Source of the DNA: an uncultured candidatus Porisulfidus sp.
GTDB lineage: Bacteria; Pseudomonadota; Gammaproteobacteria; Poriferisulfidales; Oxydemutatoraceae
DNA: 64,000 bases
NCBI GenBank assembly: GCA_965199685.1
Contig: OZ241323.1
Span: forward strand, 1,221,283-1,285,282
Direction of reading: 5' to 3'
In this document: piece after piece, positions 36,347 to 48,900 of the stretch
Position numbering within the stretch: the first letter of the stretch is position 1
Layout: each line of letters begins with the position of its first letter
Made by a program: the position numbers and the translations under genes
The notes under the pieces: generated by a model
Seen by the model: the letters and a program-made list of their open reading frames with translations, nothing else
The model's database searches: none
What the model was told of the DNA's origin: nothing

Positions 36347-36496
36347 GGGGCTGTTGAAAAATAGAACCGCCGATTGAGCCAGTAGGTAAATCGGCGTAAC
36401 ATTGTTCAGAACCTTAACAACCACCCCGTCAGGCTTCGCCTGCCACCCCTCCAAAGGAGGGGAATGTACTAATGCAGATACTTTTTCAACAGCCCC
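36347..36496 (+). mobile_element. MITE copy (subtype b), 150 bp, in the loop of an H-type hairpin
   Basis: ggggctgttgaaaaa...tttttcaacagcccc flanked by direct ATGT (36343-36346, 36497-36500). The uninterrupted host reads gggcatgttagccc. Confidence 0.85.
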
Positions 36497-36778
36497 ATGT
36501 TAGCCCTCCCCTACCGTTTGCGTAGATTTTATGGATGAATGGATTGTTTGTGCGAAGATAATGCGTTGGGGTGGTTATCGTAAATTTGGTGACGCAAGCG
36601 GTTACGGTTTTGCGAGACGGTATTTTAGGGAGGGCATGTTAGCCCTCCCCTACCGTTTGCGTAGATTTTATGGATGAATGGATTGTTTGTGCAGACGCAG
36701 CGCGTTCAGGTGGTTATCGTGAATTAAGGGCGCGGAGCGGTTACGGTTTTGCGAGACGGTACTTTAGGGAGGGCATGT

Positions 36779-36928
36779 GGGACTGTTGAAAAATAGAACC
36801 GCCGATTGAGCCAGTAGGTCAATCGGCGTAACATTGTTCAGAACCTTAACAACCACCCCGTCAGGCTTCGCCTGCCACCCCTCCAAAGGAGGGGAATGTA
36901 CTAATGCAGACACTTTTTCAACAGCCCC
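36779..36928 (+). mobile_element. MITE copy (subtype b), 150 bp, in the loop of an H-type hairpin
   Basis: gggactgttgaaaaa...tttttcaacagcccc flanked by direct ATGT (36775-36778, 36929-36932). Confidence 0.85.
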
Positions 36929-36997
36929 ATGTTAGCCCTCCCCTACCGTTTGCGGAAATTTTATGGATGAATGGATTGTTTGTGCAAGGACGACGCG

Positions 36998-39900
36998 TCA
37001 GGGTAGGAGGCCTTCAAGGAATACTCTAACTTGTACGGCAATTGTTGATGGTTGATCCATTGAAGTTCTTACAACATCTCTAGATCTCACGACATTATAG
37101 ATAAATTGTTGCGGTGCCGATACTGCCGGAGATGCAAGCCTCCGCTGCCTATAGCCTTGCTTGTCGGTATAATCAACCAACACGCGATAGCGGTCGCCTA
37201 TGATGCCCTCGACGGTATAGCTCGCATCGGTGGCATCATCAATATCCACCCAGCTACCCAGCAGTTCCTTTTGCCACTGGTAAGCTACTATGGGAGCAGG
37301 GTTTATTCCGTCCGAGTCCGACGACAGATCTATATCTTCAATGGTGTATGTGAAATCATTCAGCGTAGGCGCAGGAACCGATATGAAACCATTATTCTCT
37401 TTGACTATCGTTAGCTGTGCCGTTTTACTCACAGCACTTAAGCCATCGTTAACCGTCAAGACTATCTCTACATCGTCGGTGCTTTGCATTTCGCCAAGTA
37501 GATTACTCGGTATACTAAATGCATACCTCAGATCGTCACGACCCACCACCGTGCCGGTGCTTACCTCCAAATCCGGCAATAAATTTGGAATCGTAGTCAG
37601 ACTATAACTTAACTCATCTCCCTCGGGATCTTCTATAGCAACATTCAATACAAGGGTTTCACCTTCTACGATTGAAGCAGGTGCATTAATACTTATTCTC
37701 GGCAAACGATTATTGCTTATCGTCAATTTATAGACAATGGGTTCTTCTGTCCCTATTGAATTACTTGCCGCAACACCAATAACCGTAGATGTAGGATCGG
37801 AAGTATTTAGCGCAATAGTATAGCTAGCATTGTTTGCTGGCAAGACTTTGCCGTCGGCTACGATGCTTGCGTCAGGATTAGCTGCTGTCGGGGTGATTTT
37901 CAGTTCGCTGGCATCGGCATGAACGGACACCGTATAAGTATTAATCGCAGGATTGAAATCAGGAGAAAGATGAAAATGTCCTGCCTCCACATCCTGTTCC
38001 AGCTTTAGATCTCGCAAGCCGATACGCTGATGAAGCAGTAATCTACCGCAGTCTGGCAACGGCATGGAAGTGCCACATGTGTTATCGTGATATTTTAGTA
38101 GCGGATATTCTTCGGAGCTACCGAAATCCCAATCGTCGGCACTCCAATCCGCATAAATGTCGGTTTCGATCATCGGCATTTTCAAGTCTTCAGTCGTCTG
38201 AGCGATGCCACCTCCCGGAGAATTCATCTGCCCACTCGTATTGATATCCCAATAACTATTAGCCACGACTAGGCTGGATGATTGTCTTCTACCGATTAAA
38301 CCACCTGCATAGCTTACATCGTTGTCGCTTTGTATCTCAAAGGCTACTTTTACTTCAGCAGTTGAGTAGCTGTTACTAACTCTGCCGCCGCCCCATAATA
38401 CACCAAGCAGACCTCCGACAGATCGTTCTCTCTGACTTATGCTAACTGAACCTACTACATAGCTATTGCTAATGGAACCTTGATTCTCGCCCACCAGACC
38501 TCCTGCCTCCCGCTGTGCCGAAACATCGGCAACCGCATAACTTTTGCTGATGCCACCAAAGTTTATGCCACAGATGCCACCTATCCACCGCATACCCGTA
38601 ACATCACCATATACATAACTATTTATGATAGACGAACCCGATGCGCTTTCGCCGGTTAAAAGACCTATAACACTATTCTGCCCTACAACCTTGCCTCCGA
38701 TGACATAGACATTTATTAATTCCCCTTCGTTGCGACCGACCAGACCACCAACCCTAGAATTACCTGTTACTTCTATTGCCGATAATCCGAGATTGCGAAT
38801 GGTGCCGGTATTCCCGGCAAACAAGCCTACTTCATTTATGGTGTCTCTGGTGACTCGCAAGTTAGAAATACTATATCCATTGCCGTCAAGAATACTACTG
38901 AAACAGTTGCTGTCCGAGTCACTACAATCATTGTTAATAACAGTACCTATAGGTTGCCAACCTGCTCCGACTGTCCGAGCCATCTTATTGCGCGTTGAAC
39001 CATAGCTTGCATCGTCTAGAAAATCCAAATCTCTCACCAATTCATAACCTGTGCATTGGTCGGCTGGACAACCAGTAGTAACCTTGCTCGCTGTAGAACT
39101 TGCACGGTAGCCGCTGCCGTCCAGTTGATAACGAATCGCATTCAGATCTTCGAGAGTCTCGATTTCTATTAAGCCGTCGTTATCTTTGTCTTTATGCATA
39201 GCGATGTCGGCATATAGCGGTGCATCGTAGTGGATGTTTGTCTGGTGACCCTGTCCATCAATATAGCTTATAGAAAACCGATGTTGTGTGTTGCGAACAT
39301 CTGCGGGTGGCGTATGATTTTTTTGCTTTGCATCGGGCACTGCTACGAATATACCGTTTTGTTTCCGCAACCACTGATAACCAATATCGGCTAGAGGTTC
39401 TCCATCTATATCGCCCGACAAATCGCTTGCCGAAAGCGTCTCGCTATTTATCCATTTCACGGCACTCTCGGAATTTCCATTGTTGATTTTCCTCACCAAC
39501 AATGGCACTTCCCTGCTTACCACAGATGCCGGATTATTGCGCTCACTCAGTTCCAGTCTTAGGATCACCGTGCTATCGTTCTCATCTCTTGCGATAAAAT
39601 CGGCAGGTACCGTAAACCCTACGGTAGATGTAGTTTGTATCTGCGACAGTAAGGATTTCCCAGATACTTGACTCCACCGGTAATCCAGTCGCGAATTATT
39701 CTGCCCGAAACTCGTTGAAGCATCCACGCGAAAAACATCCCCTTCGTCTAAGGTGAGAATATCTCCTCTGGTTAATTTGATAGGCGCACTATCATTGACT
39801 ATTGTGAGTATATGTAGCTGAGGTGGGTACTTTAAGTACGCCTGCATTTGATAACTTGCGCCTCTATTATTCCCTTCTGCGGTTTTAATCTGAAGTTTGA

Positions 39901-42900
39901 ATGGGTCCCTTACACTAATTTGCACGGCACCGTCCGATTGCTGGGTTAGAGGAGATCCGTTATCTTTACGAATCGTTATTGCGGTATCTTCGCCGGCATT
40001 AGCGGCGATTTTTATAACCACTGGTGCTATCTCGGATTCAATCATCGCTTCGTAGTTAAACCTATTCGGCATAAAGCCTGGAGTCAACCGCACCTCTCCT
40101 GAATTGACTGATAGACTAAGCCTATTCAACAAAAGTGCATCGGCAATTTGACCGGACAATAGAGCATCACAACTCGGCAATGCTGTTTCGATATCTGTGT
40201 CACAACCCGGGTCATTGCTATCCAGTCCAATCCCATACTTGAGTGCCGGATATTGCGAACTGGTACCGAAGTCCCAATCGGCAACATCCCAATTTACATA
40301 AGTTTTACATACATCTTTGGACTTTGACTCATCTGCGGAACGCTCAGGACATGTATCCAATTCGGTATTCGGAGCAATAGGACTTCTAAGATTAGCTTGT
40401 AATCTTGAATTGTTGAAATTCAAATTTTCGCTTGTTCCGAAACATATCTCAACAAAAGCGGGAGTAAGAATAAACCTACAATTCGAATCATAGTTCCAAT
40501 AACTATTGATGGAGGCAAACCCTGCGCCAACCAAACCAGCCAGTGTACCTTCACCGGAAATTTCACCTAAGGTATAACTATTTTCAACCGTTGAATTAGT
40601 ATTCCTACCGACCAAACCGCCGGCAATTTGGTTGCTTGCGTTTACACATGCTCCGAATCCTGTTTCCACATTAGCTGTTGTGTAGCTGTTTTTGATTTCG
40701 CTCCTTGTCAGCAAGCTACCAAAGTTGGTAGAAAATTGATTCCCTGCCAAACCACCGACTATACAAGGTCCTTTCACCTCACCAGTTGCATAGCTGTTAT
40801 AAACCTTGCCACCGTCTATGTTCCTGCCGACTAAACCGCCTACTCCGACCCGCTTATTTGATGCCATTCCGGAATCTTCGGCAACCACATTAATCTTCGT
40901 ATAACTATTGAGGATGAAACCTTTATTCCAGCCAACCAAACCGCCTATGAACCCTCTACCGCCACCAAACCCGACATCACCTCTTATTATTTTATCGGTA
41001 TCTCCAATAGCAACATCACCAACCACATAGCTGTTCACGATTACACTACCGCGTTGTATGGAACCGGCGATGCCACCTACATTTTTGATCCCGACCAGAC
41101 CTTTGATCGCCGGATCAACCAATCCCAAGTTTTCAATTCTACCGCTTGAACCGATAGCAAAAAATAGACCAATACGGTTTTGATTGCCGACGCTACGGTT
41201 TATTTGCATATTGGATATCGTATAGCCATTGCCGTTAAATACAGCATTAAGCCCACTTATAGGCTGCCAACTGGAGTCGCTTGCATCGGTGAAATTGCTT
41301 ACCATCCATTGGTTTTTGAGTGCGGATGGATTCGGTGTGCGATAGCTTGCATCGTCGGCAAAATCCAAATCGTTCATCAGTTCATAACCTCTGCAACCAT
41401 CGCGAGGACAACCTGTAGTAATTTTAGCCGCACTCGCAGTTGCTTTATAGCCGCTGCCGTCCGGTTGATAGCGTATCGCATCCAGGTCTTCCAAATAACG
41501 AATCTCTATCAAACCATCGCCATCGTCGTCTATGTCTAGATAGTCTATGACCTCGGATTCAAGTTGTTCGCGATAACCTTGCTGGTCTTCATACATAGCG
41601 ATTGCACGATATTGATAATCTCCTTCGTCAGGAAGGGTATACGAAGACTCGCTCCCGACATTGACCCAACCTTCTGCATCGCCACGCCGACGCTGCCATT
41701 GTATATAGGTTGAGGCAAAACCACCGTCGCGGTCTATAAACTCGCTACCGTCGCTTCGTTCAAATCGAACGGTATAAGTTAGTTGATTACTAGATCTAAG
41801 CAAACGAATACGACTGGCGGCATCGTTGTTTTGTTTGGAGACTATCAACGATATCACTTCGCTTAGATACACATCATCGTTCACGGCAACTTCCACGATC
41901 AACTGCACAATGTGGCGATCGTTCTGCTTAGATACGACATCAGCAGGTACTGTAAAATCCAATACAGCACTTTGTGTGTCAACCGGCGATAGTGTATCGT
42001 TGAACCTTAGCGCATCGCCAGCCGATTGCCGCCACCTATAACGATATAAGTGTTCTTTCAAACCGAAATTATACGAAGTCATTAAACGAACACGCTCGCC
42101 TTCGGCTACCGTTAACGGTGAAGATATTATTGTTGTAGTTGTTGCCGTCACTTGTCTGACCTCGGATTCGACATAACGTACCAAGAAGTTATAGGATAAT
42201 TCGCCAGCCTCAGGGTTATACGTGGTTATGGTAATTTTCGGTGTGCGGCTACCATCCAATACAAACGATGCCGGAATACCCGACGAACACACTAAACCGT
42301 CGCTACAAGCAACATCAATCGTCGTACCCACTTGGGTTGATGTGGTATCAATCTGCACTTCGGTCATTTGCCCTGATTCGGCAATGAGATCGTAATCAAA
42401 AATGAGCGGATGAAAGGGCGGGAATAGTCGGACACCCGATAAGGTCAAACTTTGCAACAAACTTTTTCCCTCGGGAGCGAAGACTGGCGCATTAGTGATA
42501 GCTTTCAGCGCAGGATAGCGATTTGCATCTGCAAACTCCCACACACGGGCATCCCAGTTTCTATAGATACTGTTTGTCGGCGAAGTCGGCATAGACGATT
42601 GAAGTATTATTGTGGTCGCAGCGCCACCACCGGCACTTGATGTAATACCGCTCGCCTCTGTATCCCAATAACTATCGTTGACCGTTGCATCGTTGATGGC
42701 GACCAAACCACCAGCTTTAGACATCGCTCCGATGGCTATCGCCCTGCTCACCGCATAGCTGTTGATGATTTCGCTAGAACTTTGGTTTGACGCAACCAAA
42801 CCACCGATGCTACCCGATCCGATTACCGAACCTATCGCATAGCTATTTTCAATGCGACTGCGATTGTCGTTGACGGCAACCAAACCACCTGCCAATACCG

Positions 42901-45900
42901 TCGGCAATCTATCGGACAGACTGGTTTTAACTTGTGCCATCACATACGATGCAGTAATTATACCGTCGTCATTCCTACCAACCAGACCGCCTACGATTGC
43001 CGATCCATTTCTGCCTTTTGCTGCCACATAACCGGTAACATAACTTTGGTTAATATTGCCTGCTCGGTTATAACCAACCAAACCGCCTACATGCTCACCA
43101 CCAACTATATCCACATCGGTTAAACCGAGACCTCCTATTACTGTATCGGCATCTCTACCGTCTATCACACCGAATAAGCCACCGTCGCTATCCGATCTAT
43201 TCATCCTTAAATTAGAAATCGTATAACCGTTGCCTTTGAATGTTGCCACAAACGGATGCCGCAATGTCCCTATCGGCTGCCAGCCTGCCCCAGTAGTCCA
43301 TGCGGTGTTCACACTTCCTGCTTGGTAATGTAAAGGATTGTCAAAGTCTAAATCTCTTAGCAACTCATACCCCTTACAGCCAGTTATTGGACAACCCTTG
43401 GCATTTTCTATCGCTACATCGCTGTTGTTTTGATGTCTCAGGCGGCTGCCGTCCAAAGCGTTGCGCATCGCATCTAAATCCTCTAGCGTTAGAATCTCTA
43501 TCAATCCATCTTTGTCGGTATCAACGTTTCTTTTAGCACCGGAAGAGAAATAATATACCTCAAACCAATATCGGACGCGCTGCGCTCCCGATACTTCAAC
43601 GCTAATCATAGTCGTAGCAGTGGAATGTAATGCAATCGGCGAGCTACTGGTACCGCTTTTTACCGCCTCGTCAAAGCCGCTATCGCTGGCGATGTGAATG
43701 ATCGCATCCTCATCCAGTGCATCCGGTATCAAATGTAGATGTTCTATGTTCGCATCCAGTTCTATGCCGATGCGATAATGCAATTTGGTCGTGTTGAAAT
43801 GCGGAGATAGCATCACAACCTCTGCGATTGCCAAACTTTCCAAACCATAAGAGTGCAAGCCGATGAGTGTGCTTTCAGTACTACCGGTATATTTAAGGAT
43901 CGGATATTGTTCTGCGTTGCCGAAATGCCAATCGCTATCACTCCACTTGTAATACGCCTTGCTTTCATCCGACGATTGGCTGATGCCCAATTGCAGTTGC
44001 CGAGTTGTCTTGCCGACACCGCCAGCCGATCCTTGTATGTTGTCTCGTATGTCGCTCGTCTCAATATCCCAATAGCTATTTACCGCAATACCACCAGTAG
44101 CATTACTACCGATTAGACCCCCACTAGCCACCGTATACGAGACACATTCAGGCACACCCGCGCATACGATATCTGCAGTTGCATAACTATTGCGAACCAA
44201 ACCGCTGTTCTCACCAACCAAACCACCGATAAGTGTGATCCCCTCAACATGACCGCTTGCATAAGTGTTGGTAATAGTGCCTAGATTCAAAGCAACCAAA
44301 CCACCAATGCCAGTATCACCCGATACACGGTTCAAGCTATAGCTGTTTGCAATCACCCCTCTACTTTCGTTGCGAGCAACCAAACCACCGACTGAGCGTT
44401 TGCCCGATACCATACCGTAAACATAACTATTAGAAATACGGCCAACGTTATGGGCAACCAAACCACCGATATCGCGTTCTCCTACCACCATGCCATTTGC
44501 ATAGCTGTTGTCTATCTCTCCAGCATTATAGGCAGCTAGACTCCCGACACCAAAGCGACCCTCAATATCCACATCTGCCAAATGAACATTCTTGACTTGC
44601 GCACTATCGGCTAATGCCGCAAACAGACCTATATTGTCTCGCTGCGAGGTTGCGATGCTCAAACCAGAAATCTCGTAGCCTGATGCTCGATTGCCGTCAA
44701 ATGTTGCTGTAAAGCATCGGCTTTGCGTATCACCACAATTGAGCATCGTGGCATCAATCGCTCCGATCGGGTGCCAATCGTAACCGGAAAGGTCTATGCT
44801 CGCTGCCAGTTCGTAGCCTTTGCAACCGACGGTCGGGGTAGTCGGACACCCTAAGGTGATTTTGTTATCTCTACGACTCGCTTTATAACCGCTGCCGTCC
44901 AATTGATAACGAATCGCATTTAGATCCTCGGCACTGCGAATCTCTATCAAACCATCATCGTCTTCGTCTATGTCGTTGACCGCAACAAAAGGATGTTTGA
45001 TTACCATAACACGATAGCGTGTCGTTTCTGTAGTTGCAGATACCAAAGGATCCTTCACTGTTAAGGTCAGCAAGTACCCATTGATGTTGTCTATGGTAAG
45101 CGTAGTGATTTGACCGCCACCTAATTCTTTGTTCGGATTCGTTGCACTATCGTCGTTGAGCGTAATCACTGAGTTTGAGTTAAAAGTATACGGAATGATG
45201 CTAAACTCACGCGCATCGCTTTTTACTATCAACTCGTAATCGTATATCCCGGAATTAAAGTCAGGTCTTAATAGCACAACCTGACCGCTTCTACTTGAGC
45301 GCGCCAAATTACTTAAACCGGTAAGCTGCTGAGCCGGCAACAAGGTGCCACACACTGGTATTTCGGCGCGTATATCATCGGCTCCGCGACATGCTGGGCG
45401 GGTAAGCACATTGGTAGCACTGGTATATCTCAATACCGGATATTGCGAACTACTTCCGGAATACCAATCGCCGCTACTCCAGCCACTATAGATTTCAGTA
45501 CCAATCGCAGAGGTTTGCAGCTCTGCCGTCGTCTTGCCGATAACGTTGCTATCAAAATTGTCATCTCCCACTTCGCTCGTAGCGACATCCCAATAACTCT
45601 GAACAGCAAAGAGTTCATTCCAGACACTGCCTATTAATCCTTGACTACTGCCCGATATTTTGCCGATTGCATAGCTGTTGATAATGCTACGATTTACCCA
45701 ACCTGCTAAACCACCTACAGAACTAACTCCGCTAACCGTACCAGTCGCATAACTATTGCTGATATTTGTGAATGAAACACCGGCTAAACCACCTACATAG
45801 TCATTCCCGCTAACTGCACCAGTCGCATAGCTATTGTAGATACTTGAACCCGATTGATTCCCACCAACTAAACCACCGACAAAATTAGTTCCGGTAATCT

Positions 45901-48900
45901 CAACACCTGTGTGGCTATTAACGATCGCACCCGAATTCCTACCGACCAAGCCACCTGAATACAAACTGCCTCGGACTTCACCGCCTATTACATAACTATT
46001 GACGATCTCACCAAGATTCTCGCCTACCAAAGCACCACTATTAGATTGACCCCCAACATTAACAATAGCATTAATATCTACATTGAGTAGACCAACATTC
46101 TCAATTCTTGCACTTGTTGCTATGACACCGAATAAACCGATATTATCAGTAGTGACACCATTGATCCTTAAGTGTGATATCGTATGTGCATTTCCAGCGA
46201 ATAAATCACTAAACGGATTGCTACTATTTCCTATCGGCTTCCAGCCTGCACCAGTTGTCCATGTCGGGTTAATCACACCGCTACGATAACTCGCAGGATC
46301 CTTAAAGTCTAAGTTTCTAGTTAGTTTATAACCATTGCATCGCCTCACATTGTCTTCGCTATCTATAGGACAATCCTTCAAAGTGGTGGATACCCGCTCC
46401 AAAGGATAACGCATCAAGTTCAAGTCCTCCAGATAATCAATTGATATCAAACCATCTCCTACCGCAATATCGTGCAATACCTTAATCGTATAGCGTGTCG
46501 GTACGTTGTGACTTGCGGATCTCACCGTAATAACAATGTGGGCTAAATCGTCGCTTAGAGTGAACAAGGAACTTCGCCCACTGCTCGTTGATGAATTCAG
46601 ACCATCTGCTTTTACGCTAATCGTATCGCTACCGTAATAGGCAGTCGGTGTAGTACGGAATGTAGCACCCCTACTTGATGTGCCAACAACTAAATCATAA
46701 TCGTATATCTCAGGATTAAATTCAGGCAACAAATGTGCATTTTCTGAAAACTTCATTTGGATCAGACCCGCACGCTGTCCGGGTAGCAAGGCTCCGCAAT
46801 AGGGCACATCTTCTATCAATCTCGGTAAATGGCTATTACATATAACCGCTTTATCATTCTCCGACAAATCAGACAATCTGCTATTGCAAGCGGATAACTG
46901 CTCAGGCGATGGCTGCATGCATGCCATATTGTCGTTATCACCTGTCGCATAAAGCAAGACTGGGTATTGCTCTGTGTTGCCGAAATGCCAATCCGCCCGA
47001 TCCCACCCGGTATAGATATCATCTGACGGCACACCAGCCTTAAGTGCCCTCGCAGTTTTATCAATGCCTATAAGTGAATCGGTTCCAGAGATCACTGCAC
47101 CTGCTCTGTAATGACTATTGGCAATTGTATGTCCGAAGCCGCTTGATGATACTAAACCTCCCACATTGCCATTGCCTACCCGCACCTCACCCGTTGCATA
47201 ACTCCTGTCAATTCTTGCATGATTATTACCGACCAAACCGCCCGCCCCACCACTATTTATCTGCACATCGCCGAATGCATAGCTATTCACGATAGAACCA
47301 AATACTTGATTCCAGCCGACCAAACCACCTGCGAGACCATTCGCATCTACATCAACATTTGCATAGCTATTGACGATTGTGCCTTGCCTATTTCTACCGA
47401 CCAGACCGCCACCGTTATTGCCTTTGGCTGAAAGCCTACCGCTTGCATAGCTATTGATAATCGTGCCGAAGTTGTGGCCGGCAATGCTACCAACATCGCT
47501 ATGCCCGACGATGTTGACATTCACTAGGCCGACATTCTCAACTCTGCCACGATTGCCGATCGCTGCGAATAAACCCACATCGTTGGTACCGATTGCCTCT
47601 AGAGTCAAATTGGAAATCGTATGACCGTTGCCTTTTAATATACTGGTGAAAGGTTTACCAAGACTACCTATGGGCTGCCAATCGATCTCGGCAAGGTCTA
47701 TATCGGCAGTCAACTCGTATCCCGTACAACCGTCAAAACAATATATCACATCGGCAGTTTCGCTTTGCTGATAGGCACTGCCGTCCAAACGATGACGGAT
47801 GGCATTCAAATGCATCGCATTACTAATGTCTATTAATCCATCGCCGTCCTTATCTATGCTTTGGGCTACGATGTTGAGACGATTGACGACGAATTGGTAT
47901 CGGTAAGAATGTCGATTGCCTTCTGTTACGACCAAATTGACGACCGTATTGCCGAAGTCATTCAATGGAATCGGCACCGTCCATTCACCGCTATCGGTCG
48001 CTCCAATCGGATTACCATCCTTAAAAACTTCAATCATTGCCACTGGATTAAACGCAGTCGGCAATAGACGAATGGTACTCTGGTCGGCATTGACTGATAT
48101 ACCATAATCAAATGACGTAAATGCAAAAGGACTAGACAAACCTGCGCCTGCAGATAATTTCAAGTCTTGCAACAGGCTACCTTGATGACGAAGCAAAGTG
48201 TGGCAAGCAGCGGGACGCTCTTGCATATCTGCAACATCGCAATGTGCATCACCATCAGTGGCATCTGCTTGCAAATTATACTTAATCGCTGGGTATTGCT
48301 TATCGCTACCAAAATCCCAATTTCCGCTATCCCAGTCTTCATAAATGCTATCGCTTGGTGTCGTTGGTGATTGCGATTGAAGCGCAACGGTACTCTTGAG
48401 TTCACCTAGTGTCACCTTAACCTGCGAGATATCTTCGTCCAAATAACTGGTGTTGACGGTCGGTGCTAGTTTGTCGCTCGGGTCTCTATTACTATCGAAT
48501 AAACCTTGCGGCACGTCGGCTTTAGTTGCCGAGACACTCGCATAACTATAGCTGATTTCAATAGCCGATGATGTGCGCACACCGATTAAACCACCAGTGA
48601 ATCCGTCATCGTGTTGTGCTGTAATGGTGCCAACCACATAGCTATCGGAAATGATGGTATCGGAGTCTACATCACCGATCAAACCTCCGCCGACTGCCGA
48701 CCGACCGTTAGTCATAAGATTACCGATAAAATAACTGTTGCTAATTCGTACGGGATCTCCACTCGATGCAGAAATAATATTTATTAAGCCGGCAGCAGCG
48801 GTGTTTCCTTCTATGTTTCCTATCACATAACTATTGCTTATCGTACATTGCTTACACGATGTGGCAATTCCGGCAACTACATTCCCTTTGATATCCACAC

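Larger units (their letters stand above)
36001..36997. repeat. Array of H-type hairpin units (139-bp period) carrying nested MITEs
   Basis: The marker string atggatgaatggattgtttgtgc starts at 36531, 36670 and 36963. Spacings are 139 and 293 bp, and 293 = 139 + 150-bp MITE + 4-bp duplication. A stem-variant-2 unit lies at ~36215-36320. Partial MITE/host fragments lie at 36001-36200. Confidence 0.85.

Noticed and set aside
36001-36997. Possible CRISPR array, suggested by regular ~140-bp periodic repeats with palindromic cores (also at 14335-14600).
   Set aside because: There are no unique spacers; the whole 139-141 bp unit is repeated. The units are far longer than CRISPR repeats, no cas genes are present, and the period irregularities are fully explained by MITE insertions.
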